64,000 nucleotides of DNA from contig JAHLWZ010000448.1 of assembly GCA_020536535.1 (NCBI GenBank), positions 1-64,000 on the forward strand, read 5' to 3'. A program made the translations under genes and the position numbers. Below are positions 47,598-60,844 of the stretch, piece after piece. Origin of the DNA: Pelomyxa schiedti (lineage: Eukaryota; Protista; Evosea). The notes under the pieces were generated by a model. The model searched no databases, had not been told where the DNA came from, and worked only from the letters and a program-made list of their open reading frames with translations. Position 1 is the stretch's first letter. Every line of letters starts with the position of its first letter.

Positions 47598-48609
47598 TCA
47601 AAATATTCCAGGAACTGAGCAATCTTTGTGGAACTGTAAGCAAAGGAAAAAGGTAAAGGGGTTATGCACCTCAGTGTTATCTCTAACAAATCTGCTGAAT
47701 TCTGCAAAGTGTGTAATTGTGTTAGAGTTGTTTGCTTTATTGTGCTCAATACCTCTTGCATTCAGTTTGCCGTCATGGTCTGCATCCAGCGCACGAAAGG
47801 ATTGCTCCAAGGACGTATTGATGTAGTCAGAGTCATCCACTTGACTGACAAAATTAAGATCGTGGAAAGATAGATTCTGGGTGTGATTTAGAGAGTCTTG
47901 TTTCATAAATATAAATAGTGGCGAGATACATGAACTGAGAGAAGCTTCTCACAAGCAGCTAATGAAAGTTGAATTGCCTCACGAACTTCTTCAAGACTGA
48001 TAGTCCCATCACCGTCTCGATCGAACAGTTTGAACAAAACTGTAATGTTTTATAAATAGTGGTCACTTGGGGAAATCTACAAGAAATTTTTTCTTCCTTG
48101 TTGCCTTTACAGAGGACTACAGTGGCGTTAATTCACAAAAGGGGTGAAATGAACGAAAGGACAGGAACTTACTACTCATGCCTGTAGCCAATTCCAAAAA
48201 ATCAACAAATCCATCTTTCAAATGATTTGTCACTTAGAAAAAAAAGATTACAAGCAACATACCGTGGTTGAGGTCAAACGCCAAGAAGAAACACTCAGCA
48301 AGTTCTGCAGTAATTCCGAATCGTCGTTGCATCAACTTGAAAGAAGGTTTAGATAAAAAAGGAAGGATAGCGAGTTTCAGGTAATCACCTCGGAAAATGC
48401 ACCTTTCTCCAGCAATACAACACCGAGTCTCTTTGTGCCCTTCCTCCTACCCTCTCGTGCATACACTTTAAGGTCCTGCAATAGCCTGTCTCTCTGGGAA
48501 CTGGTAACTAACTGAGGTCACCAAGGAACGATTTAACAAAAAGTGAAAACACACATTTGCATGTATACACAGGTGACCTCCTGGATGTAGTGCTGCATAC
48601 GTGACCCAT
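47598..48609 (-). CDS. EF-hand calcium sensor (calcineurin B-like/NCS)
   Basis: MGHVCS acylation-type start; EF loops FDLNHDGFVDFLE, FDRDGDGTISLEE and LDADHDGKLN. Confidence 0.82.
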
Positions 48610-48937
48610 TACCCTTCGGTTGAACACAAAGTTGGTTCTTGTGTTTGTTGTTTGTTCTGTTCGGTTTTTTCGGTGTAACTGCAGCGAACTGTCCGACGGA
48701 AAAGGCATGTACCCTCGGAGATCTCATCTTGGATGTCTTCAATACAAGACCCCGGAGTACTCTTCCCGACACCCCGCATGCATTGCCCTGGTCTTTGATT
48801 TGCATTGTGGAGGATTTCCAGTCAGACTTCACTCCAGTGGCCAGATCCAGATGGCGGATGATGAATTCCCGTAAACGCGGAAGGACAAAAATCTAAAACT
48901 CGCAAGTGCCCTTACGCACGTAACACCAAGTTTCGAA

Positions 48938-49726
48938 ATGGCAATGAAATCGAAGGCCTCCACGCCAATGGACGGCGACTACCATGAAGTAAATGACAAT
49001 ACATTTTGATCTTCGTTATCACGACACCCCCTTACGGATGTGATGACACTATATTTCTCACACATTATTACGAGCGACGCGCTTCCACACACGAAATTCT
49101 TAAACTCACCTTGCATCAATATAACAAGCCTGAATACATATCTATATACGTCACTGACCCCGTTACTGTACAAGACGGCACTGGCACCTTCACGCGATAC
49201 AAAGTAGCCACGGAGGTACATATTCATTTGTCCTTTTTTTTTCCCCTCCTGTTAGATTGTCAAATGCATTGAAAATACAAAGTAATCCTTGATGTTGCGG
49301 GAGGCATACACCACTTTGACCCCCCAATTAGACAACGTTCCCAGAATACAAGAAGGGTAGGAACTTCTTCGTCTACAGACGTTACAAACAGTTTGTTATG
49401 CTTAGTGACCATCTCAAAGAGCGCCTAGCAGCCAACCCCAGAAATATAAAATTCGGAGGTTCCCCTTACCCTCCCTTTTCTCCCTCCTGTAAATATTGGT
49501 TATCTCTAACGCAAACATACACAACAAAGATGTACCACCATTGCCAGGAAATACTGTTGGCTCCTTGTTTAACTTGGGGAATTCCCGCTTTGACACGGAA
49601 TTTCTCGAGGAACGCAGAAAGGGCCTAGAGGATTTTATAAATGTGGTGGCAAAGCACAATGCATTCAGATTTGAGCCAGCCTTGCACAACTTCCTCCAGA
49701 ATGACGATTTCACACAACCTCTTTAG
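48938..49726 (+). CDS. PX-only sorting nexin (SNX3/SNX12-like)
   Basis: ISIYVTDP, FTRYKV, VYRRYKQF, VPPLPG, RFDTEFLEERRKGLEDFINVV...LHNFLQ. Confidence 0.88.
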
Positions 49727-49794
49727 ATTGTACCACTTGGTAGAACAAAAAAAAAAAAAAAAAACAACAAAAAAACCAAACATATTTCATTCAC

Positions 49795-51592
49795 TCAATA
49801 CCCTAAACGGTTTCTTAGCCTGCGGTGTTTTTCTTTCTGTTCATTGAGTGCTGTGAAATGGTCTACGGGCGTCCGATTGTAATTGAGGCGGCCCCACAAC
49901 AAAGAGTCCTGCACGCAGGAAAGATGAGCACATAAATCCTCCAGTGTTGGGTAGTAAGCTTGTGGCGCATTCATGTCAATCATGTACCAGCCAAATTGGT
50001 CGTCATTCACTGGAACTGCATAAGGTGAATCTGTGTGAGAGAGCCAGACTTCACGACACTCGGGCCACCGCCGTGCAATCCTCGTACCGTGTTGAACGAA
50101 CCGTTCCGGGAATGCCTGTTTGAATTTGAATGGTGGTTGTTTGAGAGTGCGAGAGTTAGAGAAAACAAAGGCTGAAGGGATGGAATTGCTCACTTCCTGG
50201 TAGACAAATGGAGAAGTCACTACGGTGTAAACAGGAGCCCCCATGTTGGAACATCTAACGAAGCATGACGATACTGTTGCTGCTCGGAGAGAGATTACAC
50301 TCTGCTGATATTCCAATAAACCATGAAACCACCTTGATTTTTTGGTTATTGGTCTTGTGTGGGTACAGCATACTACAATCATACATACAGGTTTTTCCAG
50401 TCATCGATTACAGCCTGCAATTATGTTAGAGGGTGCTTAAGTAAACAATTATGGGAACCTGACCTGGTCCCAATAGAGGCAACGATCTGTACTTGGACGG
50501 ATCAGGTACTCACAGAGGGTTATCCAATCTTTTTGCTTTATCCTTTCTCGATCAATAGAAACTGATGTCATTAAGTGCGACATATAGGTAATGTGCAAAG
50601 CAGAGACAGACCTAGCTCACATAACCATGCCCTAGTTGGTGCAGGAAGAATCTCGTTTTGGTAAAGCATATCCCAGGTTCCAATGGAAGCAGTATTAAAC
50701 AGTTCAGTCCATTTGGTACTTGCCCACTGCCGCACAGGTGAGATTCGAGTCAAAGCTGGAGTTGGGCCTGGCGAGTTGGAGTAGCTACATGGTGGGCCGA
50801 GCAAGGGAGAGGCTGGAACAGTGCACACTGGCGGTGGCATTGTGTGCGTCGGAATGAATTGGACAGGTGTATGAGTGGCTGTGTTTTGTGTGGTACACAT
50901 GCAAGCAACACCATTGATTCCATGGTAATGCAGGGCGGTACTATCCACACAATCAATAACATCGGGTGGTCTTAGGAGGAAGTTGGAGACTCCGTTATGA
51001 GGTGATGGTTGAACAGACCGATCAACTACTAATACTAGGTCACAAGGAGGATAAATGGATGAAGGGCGCACTTATTACATGGCTATCATAAAAAGGTGTA
51101 TTTGGAGAGAACTGAACCCAAACATGCATCTCCAGCTTGGCCTCAGAATCTTCAGAGGATCGTTCAAGTCTGACATTATGATACTGTGAGGCAGTTCCAT
51201 GGTAACAACGGCAAAGAACCAAGTAGTCATCCTTAACCAGCTTCACAGAAGCTATCTGTGGAGGTGGTTGATTGTGACAAATGAGTAACCTCGCTCCAAG
51301 CTGCAAAAAATCCTCCAGTAACCTTTTTGATGGCAAATTAATCCAGTGACCCTCACTCATTACTTCTCTTGACATTATTATATTATGTGTAACGAAGTGG
51401 TCCACATTAATAACAAACAGAAAAGAAAAAGCCAAGAACAAACTGGTAGGACGAAGTCAGCTTGAATTGTTTGGCCGAAGTCACTACATAGCGACTTCGG
51501 TTGCTTCTTTCGTTCGGTAGGCTGTGGCACTCGACGTTGTCCCTCACGTGCCTGAACAGCGGTCCAAGTGCCTCGGTAATAGACAACAGCAT
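49795..51592 (-). CDS. Protein with C-terminal SH2-like domain
   Basis: Last exon contains RWFHGLL...SSCFVRCS (WFHG and FLVRES-like motifs). The 5' exon from 51592 is inferred via a gtttgt...aag intron. Confidence 0.55.
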
Positions 51593-51723
51593 GTACAAGT
51601 TGTACAAACAAACAATAAATAAGGGTGTGTTTTGTGTTTGTCTGTTTTTGTTTTGTTTTGTTTTGTTCTTGTGTATGCCGTATGGAAGAGGCTTTTTTTT
51701 TTTTGTTTGGCGAAGTCGATAGC

Positions 51724-53075
51724 TCAAGTTGGTTTCCTTGCACCCCAAGTGGGTGGGGTAATAATCACCACGATGTTTTTGTAGTGGGTGGTTGTTCTAC
51801 TCATCACCGACAACAAGCATCGTGGGCTCCTCGTGGTGCAGGTCCCAACCACAAAAAGTCTTGTCCCAGACGCCTCTGTGCGGCAAGTGAGTTTTTGCTT
51901 GTTTTGGGGCATTTCACGTACTTTGTTTTGACACTTATCCTTATTATTTCAAAGTCTGCCCTTGGAGTTCGTGTCTCTTCGTAGGAGAACCTGTTTTCTT
52001 TAGTTTCTTTTAAAGGGGAGTAGGGCTATACCTCGTGGAACACCCGTGTATCGCAGAAAAGAAGTGCAGTGGAGCAATTAATGTAGTTTCTAGTCTCTCC
52101 CTCTGGCTGAGATTTCCTTGTGTATATTCATCCTCCCATATTGAGTGATGGGTGACCAAGTGCAAGCGCTTGTGCTTCAAGTGGGGTGTTTTTAATGCTT
52201 CTAGGCACCAAGTAAGTTGGTCCTGTTTGATCCTTGGGGACTTGGGAGATGGATGAGTGGTACGACTCACTTAAAATGAAAGGTACCTGATCAGGGCCAT
52301 GCTGAGAGCACATGCAAACAAAGATATCCGATCCCAAATTGAAGATGATGTCGTGGGTCTCCGCAGAGCTAGAAGCGACCCTCTCTTGGGCACTAATCTT
52401 TGCAAAAAGGTGGTCTAATCTCTGCGAAACTACTGGATTTGCGGGATCTGTGCCTTGGGGTAAACAAGATGACAACTTTTAAGGGATTACCTGGATGTGT
52501 GCCGACAGTAATAACAACGGTAATTCCAGTAGACATGAAGATGTTCAAAATTTTTTCTGCAACAGGCCACTTGGAATCATTCAGGGCGAATTCAACCATA
52601 TCACCTTGTTGGCATCAGACGATAAGAAGTATCAAATGAAGAGACCAGGTATCACAACGCAGGTGCCAGCAGGGGAGGCGTCCTGGGCGTCACTCATTAT
52701 GGTAAAGGCAGCGTGTAGGGCGGGGTCTGTGATAGACATCCCCAAGCAAGCGTCGCTCAGCATAAACACACTCTCAATGTTGGCATCGGAACCGTGGTGC
52801 TCGGCCGACTCGGCGAGGCCTGGCGTCGTTACCTCCAAATGTCGTTGCAGCAACAACGCGTAAGGCGACGACGACGCCGACGCGTGAGCGCTGGACGACG
52901 TAGTATGGGCCGAAGAGGCGGAAGTCGCCGAAGTGTGGTGCGACGACGGCGGCGAAGTGGCACGATGAACAGACGTAGCAGTGGGCGTCCTGTGTACTGC
53001 CGTGCTTTTCATTGGTACGGCCTTTACGCGTGACGCCGCCGATCCGGACTGTGACGCCGCTATCCTGCTCAACAT
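51724..53075 (-). CDS. Divergent calcineurin-like metallophosphoesterase-fold protein
   Basis: Motif order FMLSDACLG, VVIPGDMV, TVGTH and LVTHH corresponds to DxH, GD, GNH and HH, with several metal ligands altered. The 3' end is uncertain. Confidence 0.5.
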
Positions 53076-53237
53076 CTTTCTGGGTTTTTTTACTGTTTGT
53101 TTGCTATTCGGGTTCTTTTTGTGGCAACGAGATTTTCTTCTCGGCCATGCAGGGAAATCACTGATGCCAACATTTCGAAAAAAGTGCAGATCTCCGAAGG
53201 AACAGCAGGCAGAAAAAACAAATAAACAACAAACCAG

Positions 53238-55044
53238 ATGGGGAACTGTTGCGGCAGCGGAAGTAACAGTCCCGAGGGCCTTTTTTCTTCGTCGGGCACA
53301 GAGATCGGCAAGATGAACGACTCATTTGGCTGTACCGCCACAATCGCAACAGAAGATCCGGACAAGAACACGGACACCAAGAAACATGACGACTCTGATG
53401 ACGACAGCGATTTCGACTCGAGCGACGACGATAAGCCCGATCCTGCTCTGGAGGAGTCGAGGCCGTTGGTGAAACCTCCGAGTGCTGCTGTGACAAAAAA
53501 AAAGATAGTCGCGGCTCCACCACCAAAAAGAGCCTTGATTACTTCTCCAACATCCACTGCTGCATCAAGACCAAAGATAACTACAAGGACTGCTTCACGG
53601 CTACAAGACCAGGTGTCTGTAGCCAATGAAGGCGACATTGGTGACGGAGACCCAAAGCCAAGCGCTAGTGCAGGTGTTGTATGTGAGAGTGCAGCAGCAA
53701 TTGATACTAGCGCTTCAAGTGGGTGCGAGACAACCTCAGAATCCACTGATGGAACGTCTGAAGCACCTTCTACACGTAGGCCCAGTTACATTCAATCTTA
53801 ATCATGACATTTTTGTGCAGCAACTGTGAAAATAGCTAATTTCCATAACCGGCGGATAGCGTACCAACTAAACTCCTAAAATTACCTTTGACTTTCATCA
53901 AGGGAACTGGTTGCCGGGGAGCGCAAACATATGAATAACTCTACTAGTTCACTGTACATACGAACTGAATTATCTCATCCAAACCTAATGGAGCTCCTCC
54001 GATGGTGAGCAATACACATTTCCCCCCCCCCCCCCCCCCCGTTTTGGTGCTCAATTGTGCACTTTCATACGTGTTTGGGTGTACTGACAAATAACTCAAT
54101 TTGAGAAATTCGCAGTATGTGCCAAGCCTTACGATATGTTATGGAAACAACACTGGCAAGCGACTCTGAACACGTCATCTACTCTATATTTTCCGAGAGC
54201 AAGCACCCCATAACTGTACCCACATTAAACAACCCTTCCAACTGTTTTAATCAAGTTTTTATCCTAACAGACCCTATCACCAAATGTAATTGACTTACCA
54301 TCATGCGATGATATCATAGCATTTGTATCAAGAGTTTTTAATTGCACCCATGTATCCTTCCCTTTTCAGTTTTCCTTTGGACCGTAAACTACCACCTAAC
54401 ATTATACCAGTTAGATCCAGAAGTTGCTGTAATGTCACTTGTAGGTTTCAATAAAACTGACAAAGTAAAAACCTAACGACACACAGATTTACATCGAGCG
54501 GGTCACTAAAAGTGGAGCAGCCTTCTGCCCAGAAACATGGAAACGGATGACGCTTATTGCACTGATGGTAGCATCCAAGGTATGGGATGATCACGCAGTT
54601 TGGAATGCCGATTTCTTGACAACGTAATACTTCGATTATGACCCACTGCAGTAACATTTAACAGATTTGACATGCTTACCCAAGACGATCTCAACAAAAT
54701 GGAATGCCGGTTCCTTAACCTAGTTGAATTCACAGTTTCTGTCTCCCGTGCCGAGTACCTTCCCTCCACTTTTCCCTTTTGTGACGCCTTTCTTTCACAG
54801 TTATGTCGAAATGTACACATCATTGAGCAGATTCTCTGCGGACTTCCCTCTCAAGCCATTAGCTTCAGCTGCAGAATCCAGACTCGTAGGCTCACGTCTC
54901 CTATCCTTGATTCACTCAACCCCTTAACAGGAACGAACGAAACTGTATGTCCCAGAGGCTACAGGTGTAAGGAAGCTCAACAAACGAGGCAGCGAGGGAT
55001 CTTTACAGCCCATGGCCTCCCAGGGTCGAATGGTCCTCAGCTGA
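53238..55044 (+). CDS. Cyclin Y-like protein
   Basis: MGNCC acylation start, NSTSSLYI, IYIERV, WKRMTLIALMVASKVWDDHAVWNADF, DLNKMECRFLNLVEF, ends ...RMVLS*. Confidence 0.88.
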
Positions 55045-55180
55045 GTAAAAAAAAGAATGTTTAAAATTTCGTTTTTTTCCCGAAGTTCCATGACAATTTA
55101 AGACTAATGGCTGGTATGGGTTGTATACTGCTGATAGAAAAAACGAGGCAAATAAGAACAAGTAAAGGGAAACCAACGGA

Positions 55181-57402
55181 ATGGCAGCAGCCACTGACAT
55201 CGAGAATGGTATTCGGAATTTACTGTATGTGTGTGGTTCTGGTGGTTCTGAACTCCTCCACAGTTCCAATGTTCTGTTTCCAATGTGAACAAACCGCTAA
55301 GGCTGAGGCGTGCACAATCAGAGGAGTCTGTACCAAGTAATTGTCCCCTTGAGGAATGACATTAGCAGTAATAAATAGTAGTAGAAATAAAATAACTCCC
55401 AAAAGGGATGCGCAATTGGCTGGTCTCGAGGATCACCTAATGTGGGGTCTGCAGTCTCTTGCAGTGCATGCGCAAGTTGCTCTTGACGGAAATATTCCTC
55501 TGCCGGAAAATCTGTATATGTTCATGGCCAAGGTTAATACTTTATGGCAATATGTTTCCAAAAACTCTGCTCTAGGCATTATTTTCTACTCTGACCAATG
55601 TCAATTTCTCCTGCGACGATATAGTGTCTTTCATACGCGAATGTGTTGAATTTAGGGATTTGATCAAAAGTTCCAATCCCACTCCTGTACAGCCGCTTCC
55701 TGGTGAAACTTTCTATTCCGGTAATTGCGGTAGTTTATTGAACCATACAGCTGTGGCAACATGGGTCCCTGGAGCAACGATGGCTGATATGATAGCAGAA
55801 GCGAGGGCTTTCTTAATTTCAAAGAGGTTCGCCAGACTCGGGAAAGGTAATGCTGTCATGCCTTTCCATTGTTCTTACTTCGAGTACCTTTGCAGACAGA
55901 GTCTGTTTACAGGAATTATTGATGTATGGACTGAAGGGAATTGCTGCCTACTATTACCACTCTCAAGTTCTTGGTCTGCAGAACGAGGATATTGGAAAGT
56001 TCAGCATAAAGGCTCTCGCATTTGTGGTGAGTCAAAACATAGCTCAAATTAATTGGGCTTACTCTGCTGTAGCACAAGGAGGATCCCTCTGTAGACGAGC
56101 TCTTGGGAATGTGCCTTGAGTGCGGAAAAGGTGCGTTGTTTCTTGGTTTCGGTTATTCAGTTCAAATTTTTGTAGTTAACTTTGCAACTATGGAACTACT
56201 TGACAAGGCTAATACTTCCCATTATGGCAACCCTGAGCCGACTAAAGTACTATGGGCAAAAACTCCACAGTGTGCCAAAGAGGGAAAGGCAATCCTTGTC
56301 TCAGGCCATGACCTCTGGGAACTCGAAGAGATTCTCAAGCATACTCAGGGCAAAGGTATCAATGTGTGGACCCATGGAGAGATGCTTCCTTGCAACGCCT
56401 ATCCCCTCCTGAAGAAGTTCCCGCATCTTGTTGGTCACTATGGAACTGCATGGCAAAATCAGAAGCGAGAATTTGAGGTATTCCCAGGGCCGATATTTAT
56501 GACCACAAATTGCTATATCCCAGCACCTCGGACGTAAGTAAATCTGAGTTTTGCTCGGTAAACTCACTGCATGATATAGTTATGTGAATAGAGTATTTGC
56601 ATCGACACCGGTTGGTGGAGTTGACGTAAAGAAACGTGAGAATTTTGATGCTATGATTCAGTGTGCCCTTGAGATGCCAGGATTTCAAGCTCCAACTGAG
56701 CCACTCGGCTACCTCACCATTGGATTTGGTCACAATGCAACTCTTGGTGCAGCTGGTACAGTAATTGATGCAGTCAAAAGTGGTGCACTGCGTAGAATTT
56801 TCTTGATTGGTGGGTGTGACGGGTTTGAGAAGGAGCGCAATTACTATACTGAGGTAACTATGTACTTCTTGCTAGGCTTGGCTAAAGATTATGCAATACT
56901 TTAAAATAGTTTGCAGAGAAGGTTCCAGCAGATTGCTTAATGCTCACCTTGGCATGTGGAAAATTCAAGGTCAACATGAATGACTATGGCACTCTTGTAG
57001 GCTTACCCAGGTTGCTTGACATGGGGCAATGCAATGACGCGTACTCGGCAATCAGGGTGGCTGTTGCTCTGGCAGAGGCATTTAACACAGATGTCAATTC
57101 ATTACCTCTATCCTTGATTCTTTCTTGGTAAGTGCGGTTTCCACCTAACACTATACCACTCACACTGATGCACAGGTTTGAACAAAAGGCAGTTGCAATT
57201 CTTCTCACTCTGCTGTATTTGGGTATCAAAAACATCTATCTTGGGCCACGTATCCCTGGATTCTTTACTGTATGATTCCTTCTCCTTGCAATCTTCTCAC
57301 CGTGGACAGCCAACAATATTGAACATCTTGAAGGAGAAATTCTCCCTTCAGATTGTTGGAAACGTGGACAATGACCTTCGCACCATTCTTGGCACACACT
57401 AG
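55181..57402 (+). CDS. hcp: Hybrid-cluster (prismane) protein / hydroxylamine-NO reductase, ~11 introns
   Basis: MFCFQCEQT...C...GVC (C-x2-C-x8-C-x5-C), [66 protein letters not shown] short inferred first exon encodes MAAATDIEN. Confidence 0.97.
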
Positions 57403-57477
57403 ACAAAAGCAGTGATAAATACAAAGGAATAACAAGAAAGTTTTTTCACCTTTTATATTGCATATTGGTTCGAGGTT

Positions 57478-58614
57478 TTAGCAGCTTCCCAGCTGTTGAC
57501 ATAGGTACAAGAACCCAGGTGCATCCTCATTGCAATCTGACGTCCAGTCTCCACATGAAGACAGTGAACCGGGAGCGGGTGGGCACACTGCCCAGCTGAG
57601 GATCCCGTAGGTACTGTAGGGATCAAAGAAGCTTATTGTAGTGTCTATGGCCGAGATTGCATAGGCATCCCCCTTGCATATGCCCAAGCCAGGGTATCCT
57701 GCAATAAGGGCGAAAGTAGTGCGCGGCATATTCAGAAGTTCTAGAGAATGGAAAGTGAGTCAACTATTGGTCGCCTTGACTACATACTGGTGTCAATCCA
57801 CTGCTGCCAATAAATTTTGTCCGTGTCGACAGTTTGGCCATCAATTACCATAACGTTCACGAAATCCAACCAATTCCCATCCCCATAGAGATCTCCAGGA
57901 ATTCCAGTAGGTGGCATCACTAGTGGAAGTAACGACTTCTGCCAGTCAGCACCACCAGGGCTTCCATACAAATCCATGGTAAGAAGGCAGTCAGTCATGG
58001 GACATACAGAACGGAATCCCTTGATGAATGCTGGAACACCTGTTGAAGGAGAAATCCACCCCTCATAGTCTATCTCTATTCCAACACCTGTAGGATGAAG
58101 TACTGTGAGCTGGAATTCAAAATAACCAAAATTTGATAGACATTATACCGTGTTTCTTTGCAATAGTGCCAGCATTTACACCAGCAGTGGTGGAATCACC
58201 AATGTTACTCAGCCATGACCAATGGTCGGCATATGCATAGCCACCAATACTGTAGAACACAGTTTTTCCCAAACCGTTCAACAGTGATGAAGTATTAGAA
58301 AAAACCTCTGGAACCCCACTGCTCTCAGCAATGTCCTGCACAGTCAAAATTAGGAGTCAGTCTTAAAAACAAATCCGTGCTATTTATTGGGTGTCGGAAA
58401 AACCAAGGCAACAAAACCTACACACATTTGGGTCCAAAAATGCCAGGCTGAAAGTGTTGCCTGATTGGGTCAGTAGCCAAGCAGGCTCAGGGTCGAAAAC
58501 ATGCGCGCTGGTGTATCCATCACCAATATAGTACCACGGTCCAGACACTACTTGAGGCACATTGCTCGCAGCTAATCCAAACAAATACAAAAGTACCGCC
58601 AACACTCCTGCCAT
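57478..58614 (-). CDS. Secreted GH18 chitinase-like glycoside hydrolase
   Basis: Signal peptide; LAFL, FYSIGG, GVGIEIDYE (DxxDxDxE variant retaining the catalytic Glu), LDFVNVM. Confidence 0.75.
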
Positions 58615-59191
58615 TCCGTGTGAGTTGTTATTTTTTAAAACCCTTTCGTGGTTTCGGTTTCTCTTATTTAAGCCGTAACACTGTCGGAACAAAGTTTTGT
58701 ACAGGACCGTTGACATCAACTTGCAGTACCAGCCGGGACAGGGGCTCATTAAATATGTTGTCTCTAAGTGGGAAGAGAGGCAACACTTGATTGAGTTGGT
58801 ACGAAGTCCGTTTCTTTTTTACTTTAAAAAAATAGTCAGATTGGCACGAGTGGCCTGATGTAACAAGGTAACATAAGGCGGCCACCTTTATCACCCAATT
58901 TGGGTGCTATAGCCTATTCATCATTTGTTTCTTCCTTATGGAAGGATCTGAGAGAATTATCTTCAGGGTCTTCGGGTTTTGATGGCCTCAGCTCCATTGC
59001 ACTTATGGTACGACTGATCTACAAAGTCAATTTTCAGCGACCTTTCTTGTACCTTTGCTTCTGGAAGAGAGAATCAAATGCAAAAAAATACAACAAAAAC
59101 CGGGAAAAACCAAAAAATTCCACAAAAAAACCCAAACCCCGCACAGAGGAAACCCGAACGATCGCAAAAGCGACAAAACAAATCGACAGCA

Positions 59192-60569
59192 ATGGCAGCA
59201 ACATCAGGTCGCGTTTATAACTTCTCCGCTGGTCCCGCAGTTCAACCAGAATGGGTCTTGCGCAAAGCTTCCGAGGAAATGCTCAACTGGAACGGCAGTG
59301 GTGCGTCTTACATCCTCCTTCATCTCTCTCTATTTTCCTGCTCCTGCATTTTATGCATTATCGTTTAAACGTTGTTTTGTTTTTTAGGCATGAGTGTTAT
59401 GGAAATGACACACAGGGGGCCTCACTGGGAGGCCATCATGAAGCGCGCCGAGGTTGACCTCCGCAACCTCCTCAGCATCCCCGCGAACTACAAGGTTTTG
59501 TTCCTTGAGGGAGGAGCAACACACCAGTTCAGCGCCATCCCAATGAACCTTCTCGGCGGTGCCAAGAAGGAAGCCGACTACATTGTCACCGGCACATGGT
59601 CCAAGAAGGCTATTGCTGAGGTTTGCCTCGCACTCCCCCAAACAAAATTAGCTTACCATACCCTCAGGCCAAGAAATACGGAACCGCAAACGTAATTTGC
59701 GAGCCCCCAAAGTGCAACACCATCCCCGATCCAACAACCTGGAGACCATTCTCTCCAAATGCTGCCTACGTCTACTACTGCGACAACGAGACAATTGAGG
59801 GTGTTGAATTCCCTTTCATCCCCGAAACACACGGCATTCCCCTTGTTTGCGATATGTCTTCCAACTTCCTTTCTCGCAGGTATTTTTTCCAGGTTTTTCG
59901 TACTCTTTTTCTAATAGTCGCCTCAGGTTCGATGTTTCCAAGTTCGGCCTTGTCTACGCTTGCGCCCAGAAGAACTTCGGACCAGCTGGTCTCACCATCG
60001 TTCTTATCAGGGAAGACCTTCTTGCCATCCCCCCCGTTCCCGCATGCCCAACCATCTTCTCATTCAAGCTTCAAGTAAAAACCTCGCAAACCTATCCTAG
60101 TGTTAACCCCGCTTAGGCTGACAACAATTCCATGTACAACACACCAGCTTGCTACTGCATTTACATTGCCGGTCTCTGCTTCCAGTGGCTCCTTTCTCTT
60201 GGAGGACTTGAGGGCATGGAGAGAATCAATGCCCAAAAGGCCGCCAGGCTCTACGACTTCATTGACAACAGTGGCTACTACAAGAACCCAGTAACCAAGG
60301 AATTCCGATCACGCATGAATGTTCCATTCATCAGCAAGAACCCAGCGGACGAGAAGGCTTTCCTCACCGAGGCCGCTGCTGAGGGACTTGTTACCTTGGT
60401 AAGTCTCTTGAATTGCCACTTACCTTCTCATATTCCGCTCCTTACTGTTATACAGGCTGGTCACCGCAGTGTTGGTGGATTCAGAGCCTCCATCTACAAC
60501 GCCTTCCCCGAGGCCGGAATTGAGAAGCTCATTGAGTTCATGAAGGCCTTTATGATCCGCCACCCTTGA
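59192..60569 (+). CDS. PSAT1: Phosphoserine aminotransferase
   Basis: [53 protein letters not shown] (PLP Lys), [20 protein letters not shown]. Confidence 0.97.
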
Positions 60570-60844
60570 TTAATCTGAAATAAACCTTTTTTTTTTTTGC
60601 TCGCGCAAGGAAACCATTGTTCTTCGGCATGCTTTTTTTTGATCTGCGAAATTTCGCCCGGTGATGGTTGACCAACCTCCTGCTTGAATTGTGTTTGCCA
60701 CAACTTACAATCGTATCTAATAATTTCACTTGACGTAACACAATAGCCCGGCTCGACAAGATTTAACCACCGCAATATCGGTGGGAAAAAATCATTATTT
60801 TATTTTAAATATAAAAGTATAATCGCGTTGATCAACGAACGACG

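Noticed and set aside
58840-59040. Hairpins and an ATTGCACT loop resembling a U1A/U2B'' site
   Set aside because: No U1 or U2 5' sequence, Sm site or upstream element in register.
46193-60569. Nitrogen-metabolism cluster (nitrilase, hcp, PSAT)
   Set aside because: The genes are interspersed with unrelated ones, share no single pathway, and show no evidence of co-regulation.
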